Origin: an uncultured Halomicronema sp.
Lineage (GTDB): Bacteria > Cyanobacteriota > Cyanobacteriia > Phormidesmidales > Phormidesmidaceae
Reading direction: 5' to 3'
DNA length: 24,000 nucleotides
Assembly (NCBI GenBank): GCA_937899725.1
Contig: CALCCA010000087.1
Location: forward strand, 61,979-85,978
Shown here: positions 7,450 through 14,706 of the stretch, piece by piece
Numbering within the stretch: the stretch's first letter is position 1
How the letters are laid out: every line of letters begins with the position of its first letter
Position numbers and translations under genes: made by a program
The notes under the pieces: generated by a model
Databases searched by the model: none
The model's input: only the letters and a program-made list of their open reading frames with translations
What the model was told of the DNA's origin: nothing

Positions 7450-9822
7450 TTAGGCGGGATTGGTCGCAGTTTCTGGCTCCGGCGTGGTCGCAGCCGTCTC
7501 GCCGTTGTTGACAGCGGTTGGCGGGTCGGGGGTGACGGCGGCGGGTGGGGGCGGTGGCGGCGCTTGAACGGCCACCGCAGTGGTTGCAGCGACCGGCTCT
7601 GGGCTGGCTGCTGCCGACCCGGCACTGTGGTCGCGCCCGGTGTGGTGATTCGCAGTGTGACCCTGAGCCATTGCAGTTTTGGCGTAGGTTTGCATCCATT
7701 CCCCCGCGATCGCTGGATTTTCTCGAGGTTTGAACCAGCCGCTAGGCCCTTGGGGCGATCGCTGAGCATAGCCCTGCGGCGTCAGGTAGCGCTCATAGGG
7801 CACGATCATTTCACCAAAGACCGCCAGGTATTCGGCACTGTCGATCAGCTCATCGACCAAGGCATAAAAGCCTTGGCGGGCACAGAGGTCGTAGTACCGG
7901 GCCATTTCTCGGCGATCGCGGGTCGGGCGCCCCAGCAAGCGCCGGTGAATATATTCGATCGCCTTGGTGATGTAGAGCGTCTCCCAAGCCAGCTGGCGGA
8001 AGGGGCGCGATTTGGCCAACTGCCGCACAAATTCGCGCAGGGTGATATTGCCTGCCTTTAGTTGGGTCTCAGCCGTTTGCTGCCGCTGGCCAGCCCACAC
8101 CGCTCGCCCAAACACCTGGCGATAGGTCGCCTGAATCACCGCCTCAGGGGAGTGGTGGGTCAGACTAAAGCTGGTTTGGCGGGGTGGCTCACCGCCCGCC
8201 TTGCCGTTCAGGCCATTCGGGGAAACGACCGCTTCCCACTGCAGCCGCTGCTGTTCCATCGCACCGGGGGCGCGGCCAAGGTGGGCGGCATGGCGTTCGA
8301 CCAAGCCGTTGCCCACGCCGTTGCTGATCAAAATCCGGCGGCTGTCTTCGCTAAAGTGAGCGGGCTGCGGCTGCGGATCGCGCGTTTCCTGCGGGAAGAT
8401 GGCTCCAAACTGAATCTCCAGCGGATCGTTGCCCGCCCCGTAGGGATGCTGATTGGGCAGCGGTTGCTGATAGCCGCCAAAGGTCGTGACAAACTGCGGC
8501 ACCTTGCGCACCGGCGCACTGTATTTCAACAGATCGAGTTGGGGACCCCAGTTGCGGCATTCCTGCGCCTCTCGCCCCAAACCGCGCAGATAGGGCACCG
8601 TTTCTTCGCCAAAGTAGTCGGCATATTCTGGCGAGTCGATAAAGGCATCCACCAAGGCCGACAACCCGTGATCAGAGATGACGTCAAAGTACGTCTGAAA
8701 CTCTTCTAGGCAGCTCAGCCCGCGACCGAGAAAGTGACGGCAGGCCAGCTCAATGCTGCGGCTGATGCTGTAGGGCTCATAGAAAAGTTGCCGATACAGG
8801 CGCGATTTACCCAACTGCCGAATGAACTCTTTCATCGTCCCCAGGTCGCTTTTGACCTGAGAGACGGGCGCTGCCAGCAGGGTGCCGTGGGTCTGGATGA
8901 CATCGCGCTCAAACACTTGGCGGCAGGCCGCTCGCACCACATCATCTTTTTCGATGTCGGGCAAATCGGCTTTCATCACCCAGTGGGGCTGCAGACTGGC
9001 ACTATCGCGGTAGCTTTGGGGTAAGGGCAACCCCGCGTGATGTTTAGAAATCCCCAGTCGCAACTGCGGATTGGGTTTCTCGACCTCATAGTCATCAATC
9101 AAGACATCAAAGTAGCGCCCCACTAGCGCGGCGGCTTGTCCCTTTTTGGGAAAATAGGTCAGCGCTTTCCACTGCATTTCTCGCAGGGCGACGATGGTGG
9201 CCAGGGTGACATCTTCTGGAATCACGCCCCGCAGGCCGCGCGTATTGACGCTAATGATGCTGGTATCCCCCGCCACGATCGCATAGGTGATGTAGCGCAA
9301 AAACCAGCTCAGGTCGCGCAGCGATCGCTTCATCCGCACCGGGCCGTAGCGGCCAATATCGATCGTGCGAAAGCGGCTGGGTGCCGCAGGTCTACCGCCT
9401 GCAATCAGCCCTTGAAACCATTCCAGCAGCGGATTGGACTCGTCGATTAGCCGCGGGCGATCGCGATTTTGGGTTCGCGCTTTTTGCTGCCGGGTCACCG
9501 CCGAGAGATAGTCTTCAGCAATGAAGTAATCAGAGCCCGGTAGTCCCAACGACTCCTCGGGCGGCTCTAGATAGGCCATCGAGTTGCCGCCCACAAAGAT
9601 GCGGTTGGCCCCCGCTGCCACGATGCGCTCAGCGTGCTGGGTCAGGGTTTGGGCAATCGCGAGTCGCTTCATCCCAGCGCCAAAAAAAGCTAAGAGTTCT
9701 TGGCCTTCACCGCGGCTTAAATAGCGATCGCGCTGCATCGCTTCAGTGATGACGGCGGTTGGCACCGTGTGATACTGCTGGGGATGAATCACTGGACTGC
9801 CCCCATTAATCCGATCAGTCAT
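7450..9822 (-). CDS. apcE2: Phycobilisome core-membrane linker paralog (ApcE) with two REP linker domains and a Cys-free bilin domain
   Basis: ORF 7450..9906 trimmed to the ATG at 9822 (MTDRINGGSPVIHPQQYHTVP, the ApcE-like N-terminus). The product is 790 aa. The phycobiliprotein-like domain contains RYGPVRMKRSLRDLSWFLRYITYAIVAGD. Two linker repeats are present: ...ACRQVFERD...EYADYFGEETVPYLR and ...ATYRQVFGRA...EYLAVFGEMIVPYERY. Confidence 0.9.
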   Translation of the reverse strand: MTDRINGGSPVIHPQQYHTVPTAVITEAMQRDRYLSRGEGQELLAFFGAGMKRLAIAQTLTQHAERIVAAGANRIFVGGNSMAYLEPPEESLGLPGSDYFIAEDYLSAVTRQQKARTQNRDRPRLIDESNPLLEWFQGLIAGGRPAAPSRFRTIDIGRYGPVRMKRSLRDLSWFLRYITYAIVAGDTSIISVNTRGLRGVIPEDVTLATIVALREMQWKALTYFPKKGQAAALVGRYFDVLIDDYEVEKPNPQLRLGISKHHAGLPLPQSYRDSASLQPHWVMKADLPDIEKDDVVRAACRQVFERDVIQTHGTLLAAPVSQVKSDLGTMKEFIRQLGKSRLYRQLFYEPYSISRSIELACRHFLGRGLSCLEEFQTYFDVISDHGLSALVDAFIDSPEYADYFGEETVPYLRGLGREAQECRNWGPQLDLLKYSAPVRKVPQFVTTFGGYQQPLPNQHPYGAGNDPLEIQFGAIFPQETRDPQPQPAHFSEDSRRILISNGVGNGLVERHAAHLGRAPGAMEQQRLQWEAVVSPNGLNGKAGGEPPRQTSFSLTHHSPEAVIQATYRQVFGRAVWAGQRQQTAETQLKAGNITLREFVRQLAKSRPFRQLAWETLYITKAIEYIHRRLLGRPTRDRREMARYYDLCARQGFYALVDELIDSAEYLAVFGEMIVPYERYLTPQGYAQRSPQGPSGWFKPRENPAIAGEWMQTYAKTAMAQGHTANHHTGRDHSAGSAAASPEPVAATTAVAVQAPPPPPPAAVTPDPPTAVNNGETAATTPEPETATNPA

Positions 9823-9934
9823 GGTGTGTTCTAAACTCCGAATTAAAAATGTTGCTGAGAGAAACCAGATTTCTGATGAGGCCCGTTGAGTCGCGGGCTT
9901 GATCAAAAATCCTGACGGTGAACCCTGACTCGCC

Positions 9935-10414
9935 TTAGCGTCTGAGCCCTTCCATCAAGTAGTCAAAATAGGGCGCGACTTCTGCCGCATCATCAATGCT
10001 CAACAGGCTGAGGGCCACTTCTTTGAGACAGCCCATGCATTCCGCCACATTACTGAGAGGAATTTCGAGAGAGGTGTACATCTCCTTGACCCCGCGCACC
10101 CCACTGGCCTGCAGCGGGTCAATGTCGCCCACCACGACGGCATAGGAAATCAGGCGCAGAAACCAGCCCTGATCACGCAGGCACGAAGCCTGAAACCGGG
10201 GGTTATCGCTATTGCTGGGAGTCAGGGGACAGCGTTGCCAAAATCGCTGACTGCCTTGTTCCACAATCAGTTGGACGTTGCTAGTCAACACGGAGGCAAT
10301 GCGGAGGCGCTGTTGTCCGGCGTCAAAGAAATGACTGATCGCCTCCAGTTCGCCCCGACTGAGATATCGCGCTTCGCGATCGGCGTTGGCGATCGCTTGG
10401 GTAATAATGCTCAT
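9935..10414 (-). CDS. apcD2: Allophycocyanin alpha-type subunit paralog (ApcD family, far-red type)
   Basis: 159 aa. Contains MSIITQAIANADREARYLSRGELEAI..., RCPLTPSNSD...ASCLRDQGWFLRLISYAVVVGD and a C-terminal APYFDYL. The symbol is assigned from gene order. Confidence 0.82.
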   Translation of the reverse strand: MSIITQAIANADREARYLSRGELEAISHFFDAGQQRLRIASVLTSNVQLIVEQGSQRFWQRCPLTPSNSDNPRFQASCLRDQGWFLRLISYAVVVGDIDPLQASGVRGVKEMYTSLEIPLSNVAECMGCLKEVALSLLSIDDAAEVAPYFDYLMEGLRR

Positions 10415-10772
10415 GGCAAATCCTATTGTTATCAGGTTTTGATTGAGAGGTATCGCCGTTGCCAGGGCCGTTAAGACCAGCCGGCAAGTCGCTGGAATGA
10501 GGACTCAGCATCAGGATGATGCGAGGGTCGGAGCCACTAGGGCGTAAGCGCTGATGAGGCTCAGGCGAAGGCCAATACCGGTCAGAGAGGGAGAGCTCAC
10601 AGACCGGCATCAACCATCAAAGTCAGGCGGGGGGCGCGATCGCTTTAAGAGGGAGAGCTCTCAAACCAACCGGGGTGATCGGCCTGCGCCAACAGCAATG
10701 AGGTGACGAAGCCCAGGACTTCATGAACGCCTCACTTTGATCACCGGCCCCCTCGCGAGACTGTTTGCCGAG

Positions 10773-10794
10773 CTGACTGACCCCATACAGTCAG
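10773..10794 (-). other. 7-bp stem-loop 4 nt downstream of the apcB2 stop
   Basis: CTGACTG (10773-10779) / CAGTCAG (10788-10794) with an 8-nt loop. Confidence 0.35.
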
Positions 10795-10797
10795 TCT

Positions 10798-11283
10798 CTA
10801 GCTCAACCCTGAACAGATATGGTCGAAATAGACGCCCATCTCTTGACCGGCCTCAGCTCCCAGCATTTCACTGGCGACCTCTTTCATGGACTGCACCGCC
10901 CGCACCGTCGCCCCAACGGGAACGCCCAAGGAGTTATAGGTTTCCTTCAAACCGTTGAGCACGCGCTCATTCAAAATGGACGGATCGCCCGCCAGCATGG
11001 CGTAGGTGGCATAGCGCAAGAAATAGTCCATATCGCGAATGCAGGCCGCATAGCGACGGCAGGTGTACATGTTGCCGCCCGGAGCTGTGATATCGGTATA
11101 CAGCAAGGCTTTTGCAACTGTTTTGGTGACGATTTTGGAGGCATTAGCGCTCACCGACATGGCGGCGCGGGCTCGTAGATCGCCACTGCGAAAATAGTTC
11201 TGCAGGTTATCTAACGAGCTATCGTCCAAATATTTGCCCTGCATGTCAGAAGTATTGATCAGGGTCGTAATAGCGTCTTGCAT
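10798..11283 (-). CDS. apcB2: Allophycocyanin beta subunit paralog (ApcB)
   Basis: ORF 10798..11379 trimmed to the ATG at 11283, preceded by AAGGAG. This gives [20 protein letters not shown]..., the canonical ApcB start. The product is 161 aa and contains [37 protein letters not shown] and a C-terminal [10 protein letters not shown]. Confidence 0.93.
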   Translation of the reverse strand: MQDAITTLINTSDMQGKYLDDSSLDNLQNYFRSGDLRARAAMSVSANASKIVTKTVAKALLYTDITAPGGNMYTCRRYAACIRDMDYFLRYATYAMLAGDPSILNERVLNGLKETYNSLGVPVGATVRAVQSMKEVASEMLGAEAGQEMGVYFDHICSGLS

Positions 11284-11489
11284 TAAAGATCTCCTTAGGT
11301 ATTCAGAAAAAGTTGTAAGAGAGCGGCAAAAGTCAAAATGTGCAGGGTAAAAGGTCAGCGGGGCAAGGTCAGAGCCCATCAGTTAGAGCCTTGAACTTTG
11401 AACCCGCAGCCCTGAACCCATTCCCCAACTTGAAAGCAGCAGTGAGTTCTCGATAAAAGGGTGGAAGTTCAACGCCAAGCTGAGAACGC

Positions 11490-11966
11490 CTACGACAAAG
11501 AATGAATAATCAAATCGAAGTAGGGCGCGACCTCTTGGGCATCGTCGTCACTCATGACGGCCATCGCTTCCTCTTTGAGGCAGCGCATGCATTCGGCAAT
11601 ATTGCGAATGGGAATTTCTAAGTTGTTGTACATTTCCTTAATGCCGACGGTGCCGATTTCTTCTAGGGGCCGCTCACTGCCCGCCAGAATGGAATAAGCA
11701 ATCAGGCGCACATACCAGCCTTGATCACGCTGGCAGGAATTAGTCTTGCGATCGACGCCACTATTACTCGGGGTATTAGGACAACGCTCCCAAAACTTTT
11801 TGCTGCCGTTTTGCACGATGCGCTGTTCATTTTCGGCGAGCGCTTTAGCAATCCGAATCCGCTGTTCGCCGGTTTTTGCGAAGTCTTGAAAAATTCTCAG
11901 CTCTTTAGGGGCAGGATAACGGGCCTCACTATCGGCACTCAGAATCAGTTCCGTGACTAAGCTCAT
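11490..11966 (-). CDS. apcA2: Allophycocyanin alpha-type subunit paralog (far-red type), first gene of the minus-strand operon
   Basis: 158 aa with AGGAG upstream. Contains MSLVTELILSADSEARYPAPKEL..., RCPNTPSNSG...NSCQRDQGWYVRLIAYSILAG and APYFDLI. The symbol is by position upstream of apcB2; I cannot exclude an ApcD5-type identity without phylogeny. Confidence 0.75.
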   Translation of the reverse strand: MSLVTELILSADSEARYPAPKELRIFQDFAKTGEQRIRIAKALAENEQRIVQNGSKKFWERCPNTPSNSGVDRKTNSCQRDQGWYVRLIAYSILAGSERPLEEIGTVGIKEMYNNLEIPIRNIAECMRCLKEEAMAVMSDDDAQEVAPYFDLIIHSLS

Positions 11967-12891
11967 GACTAGATTTCTCCTAATTTAACGCTGCATGAAA
12001 GATCCATATCAAGCGATGGCTTGAATTATCTTGCTCCTAGAATTTGATATCTTTTCTTGAGTGAATTTTTTTGAAAATTTCATTTGAGAAATTTTAGTCA
12101 TCAAATTGTTATTCCAAGCCAGCCAACTTCTGATGAGAGGGTGCTTTGAGGGTTTGATACTTCTTGCTGAAGACGGCTTCAACATCAGCCAAATCTATTT
12201 CACAACCGCCGCTCAGAGAGTTGACGACTGATTCAAGACTGGACTCATAGAAGATGAACTTCACTCAAAGGGTCATCAAGAAAATTCAGCAGAGATCACC
12301 AGCATCTCGACTCAAAGTTCTTGACGTCTCTTCATTGATGAATACAGATAAGATTCCACTTAATCTAGAATCAGCTGCCTTAGCCTCTTTGAAAAGACTT
12401 CATCTTTTACTAGGTTTGAAAGGAGAATAAGCAAAAAAAATGAAGAACTTATGAACAGATTAAAATCGCTTAAAGAAACTTTTCGATAGGCCGCAGCGAA
12501 GGGGGCCTTCACCAGTTCTTTAGATCTTTCTGGTTTGATGCAAGTCACGCACTCGTTGGTATGGACCGAATTTGAGGCGTTTAAGTGATCGGTGTCAAGG
12601 CCATGCTCCTGGCTGTTTTATGTAAATTCAGCCAGCTTGTGAATGCCTAAATTGATGCCGAGAAAGAATATTCGGCGGGCAGTTTTTGGGTGACTGTGGC
12701 CGGATTAATCTGTTGGCTCTCCCTCAATTTATGGGCAACTCAGCCGTTAATCATTGAGGCCTTTGCCCGGCAAAGGCTGAGCTCAGGTTTTCAGAGCTTG
12801 ACTGCCTGGTTTTCACCCCTAATCCAGCAGGGGCAATCGGCTGCTGCTGAACTGCATGCCAATTACATGACATCTGAATTTGAGTAAAGAG

Positions 12892-13032
12892 ATGAAGAAC
12901 CGCGCTTTGATCCTCGTCTTGATTATTTTCTGTTTGAGTCTGTGGGCTGTCCGGATGAATAGTCTACGGATGGAAAGCACGTCACTCAGATATGAGGCGA
13001 TCAAACAGGAGATTAGCCTTGTTCAAATCTAG
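12892..13032 (+). CDS. Possible 46-aa membrane-anchored peptide (very tentative)
   Basis: Product is MKNRALILVLIIFCLSLWAVRMNSLRMESTSLRYEAIKQEISLVQI, an N-terminal TM helix followed by an amphipathic tail. It starts 5 nt after the stop of the GTG-started ORF 12690..12887 and is followed by the 13095-13152 terminator-like hairpin. I recognise no homology. Confidence 0.2.
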   Translation: MKNRALILVLIIFCLSLWAVRMNSLRMESTSLRYEAIKQEISLVQI

Positions 13033-13094
13033 CAGTGGCGCTGTCCTTAGCCGGATGTTAGGGAAAGCTGGTCATCTTGATGCCTTTATCCGAC

Positions 13095-13152
13095 AGTCCT
13101 CTCTTACCACCCAAGAGAGGATTTTTGGGTGGTAAGAGAGGACTCAGTTTTT
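13095..13152 (+). terminator. Perfect 20-bp stem-loop followed by a T5 run, about 55 nt upstream of the psbO2 start
   Basis: AGTCCTCTCTTACCACCCAA (13095-13114) pairs with TTGGGTGGTAAGAGAGGACT (13125-13144) around a 10-nt loop, then cagTTTTT follows. Confidence 0.5.
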
Positions 13153-13208
13153 GAGCTGACAGGCTCACGATCGCGCATTGCTGAATGGAGTTAGGAGTTA
13201 TTGAAAAA

Positions 13209-14057
13209 ATGAATTTGCATAAAGACATGAAATACCGTTCGTTAATGGCCCTCTTTTTAGCGACTTTTTTGGGCTTCCTGACGGCTTGTAGCAGCAGTCC
13301 CACCGCCAACAACGGCTCCTTGAGTTATGACGACATTCGAGGCAGTGGGCTGGCCAACAACTGTCCGGAGCTGTCGGAAGCAAGCCTTGATTCGATCGCG
13401 ATCGCCACCGACCAGTCTTATCAGCTCAAAGAACTGTGTTTAGAACCCAAAACCTTTTTGGTGAAGCGATCGCCCCGCATCAAACGGCAGGATAGTCAGT
13501 TTGAACTCACCAAACCCCTAACCCGAGAAAGTTTCACCCTTGATCAGGTGAGTGGCTCGCTCAAGGCTGCGCCCAACGGCATGCTGACCTTTACTGAGCA
13601 AGGGGGATTTGATTTTCAACCGGTGACGGTGCAGCTCCCCGATGGCGAACGGGTGCCGCTGTTATTCACCATTAAGGGATTAGTCGCGCAAAATCAAGAT
13701 TCTTCTGGTCGTCTCGGCCCCTCTAGTCGGTTGGCTGGTACATTTGATGTGCCACCTTATCGCACTTCGAGCTTTATTGACCCCAAAGGGCGCGGTCTGG
13801 CGATGGGCTACGATGTGGCCGCCGGTTTGCCGGTGAGTGCTGATAGCGAAGAATTTGCTCGCCCGAATACCAAGGTCTTTGATATTGGCCAAGGGTCCAT
13901 TTCTCTGCAGGTCAACCGAGTCAACCGAGCAACGGGCGAAATTGCCGGTTTGTTTGAGAGCGCCCAACCTTCGGACACTGACTTTGGCGCGAAAGAAGCC
14001 ATGGGCGTCAAAATCAAAGGACGCTTTTATGGCCGGATTGAACCGGAGACCATTTAG
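13209..14057 (+). CDS. psbO2: Photosystem II manganese-stabilising protein paralog (PsbO)
   Basis: Colinear with PsbO: LSYDDIRGSGLANNCPEL, ELCLEPKTFLVK, FDFQPVTVQLPDGERVPLLFTIKGLVA, FDVPPYRTSSFIDPKGRGLAMGYD, TGEIAGLFES and IKGRFYGRIEP. The start is uncertain. The ATG at 13209 lies 11 nt after AGGAG, and the ATG at 13227 (MKYRSLMALF...) matches known PsbO N-termini. The track start at 13185 is less likely. Confidence 0.9.
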   Translation: MNLHKDMKYRSLMALFLATFLGFLTACSSSPTANNGSLSYDDIRGSGLANNCPELSEASLDSIAIATDQSYQLKELCLEPKTFLVKRSPRIKRQDSQFELTKPLTRESFTLDQVSGSLKAAPNGMLTFTEQGGFDFQPVTVQLPDGERVPLLFTIKGLVAQNQDSSGRLGPSSRLAGTFDVPPYRTSSFIDPKGRGLAMGYDVAAGLPVSADSEEFARPNTKVFDIGQGSISLQVNRVNRATGEIAGLFESAQPSDTDFGAKEAMGVKIKGRFYGRIEPETI

Positions 14058-14093
14058 AGACTGTCATCAACGACGGGTCACCTAAACCGCGTG

Positions 14094-14219
14094 TAGATTG
14101 AGAACTGGAATTTGGCCATGCGGGAAAACCTCACCGCCTGCAGCACCTCTCCTTGTGAAGGAGAGGTTTATCCAGAACTCTGGTTCCTCTCCTTGAGAAG
14201 GAGAGGCTAGGTGAGGTTC
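14094..14219 (+). repeat. MITE-like nested-palindrome element, copy A (downstream of psbO2)
   Basis: tagattgagaactggaatttggccatgcgg...AACCTCACCgcctgcagcaCCTCTCCTTgtgAAGGAGAGG...CCTCTCCTTgagAAGGAGAGGctaGGTGAGGTT. The sequence matches the reverse complement of 23653-23801 almost base for base, apart from one internal indel. Confidence 0.8.
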
Positions 14220-14408
14220 TACAGCCCTTTGAACTACCGCAGCCGATCGGCAACCCCTTTTCCTAATCAGCTGTATAGCAACTTGCGCGCAAGAAATCGC
14301 CTCACTCAGATAAGGGGCAAGGTAGAACCTGATGGTTTGCCTGCGGCATGCCTTGATTCAGCCCCATCAAATTTTTCAGTATCTATTGCCAACAGAAGGA
14401 GAACGACC

Positions 14409-14543
14409 ATGACCAATCTCAACAATCAGCCCGAGGTAGCCTATCCGATTTTCACCATTCGCTGGCTAGCGGTACATACACTGGCGATTCCTACGGTGTT
14501 CTTTTTGGGGGCGATCGCCGCGATGCAGTTCATTCAACGCTAA
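14409..14543 (+). CDS. psbF2: Cytochrome b559 beta subunit paralog (PsbF), with no adjacent psbE
   Basis: ORF 14211..14543 trimmed to the ATG at 14409, 8 nt after AGGAG. The 44-aa product [44 protein letters not shown] is near-identical to canonical PsbF, including the heme-ligand His. Confidence 0.9.
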   Translation: MTNLNNQPEVAYPIFTIRWLAVHTLAIPTVFFLGAIAAMQFIQR

Positions 14544-14565
14544 GAGAAAGACGCCTTTGATGGTC

Positions 14566-14586
14566 GGGTTGAGCATTGCTCAACCC
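14566..14586 (+). other. 9-bp stem-loop 23 nt downstream of the psbF2 stop
   Basis: GGGTTGAGC (14566-14574), loop att, GCTCAACCC (14578-14586). Confidence 0.4.
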
Positions 14587-14647
14587 TCATCGAACATCTT
14601 CTGCCTTGAGAAGACTGTTTAAACGCAGAGCGCTAATGCTACAGACA

Positions 14648-14690
14648 CCAAGCGCCCCCAGGATTTCTCAGGAATCCTGGGGGCGCTTGG
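14648..14690. terminator. Perfect 18-bp hairpin between convergent psbF2 and psbV2 (candidate bidirectional terminator)
   Basis: CCAAGCGCCCCCAGGATT (14648-14665) pairs with AATCCTGGGGGCGCTTGG (14673-14690) around a 7-nt loop. It lies 17 nt beyond the psbV2 stop. There is no U-tract on either side. Confidence 0.5.
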
Positions 14691-14706
14691 TGAGTCAATC
14701 ATCGAA

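Noticed and set aside
7426-8709. Long antisense ORFs inside large genes (e.g. 7426..8061, 8062..8709, 2207..2617, 4919..5461, 18195..18812, 21883..22395)
   Set aside because: These are shadow frames opposite well-supported, GC-rich coding regions. Their products are Arg/Gly/Pro/Ala-rich with no recognisable domains.
10323-10613. 96-aa minus-strand ORF spanning the apcB2-apcD2 spacer and overlapping the apcD2 5' end
   Set aside because: It is out of frame with the well-supported apcD2 and has a Ser/Pro/Arg-rich product. The 384-nt spacer, which contains two agagggagagctc-type motifs at about 10577 and 10640, is left unexplained.
12360-13312. Track ORFs 12360..12548 (-), 12819..13004 (-) and 13058..13312 (-), plus a 58-aa plus-strand frame at about 12254-12430
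   Set aside because: These are AT-rich, low-complexity frames. 13058..13312 runs antisense through the psbO2 start and the 20-bp hairpin. None shows supporting signals.
14220-14408. Search for a psbE paralog upstream of psbF2 (and psbL/psbJ downstream)
   Set aside because: The upstream part of ORF 14211..14543 ([17 protein letters not shown]...) has no PsbE motif such as RYWVIHSITIP. The downstream sequence contains only a 19-aa frame and hairpins.
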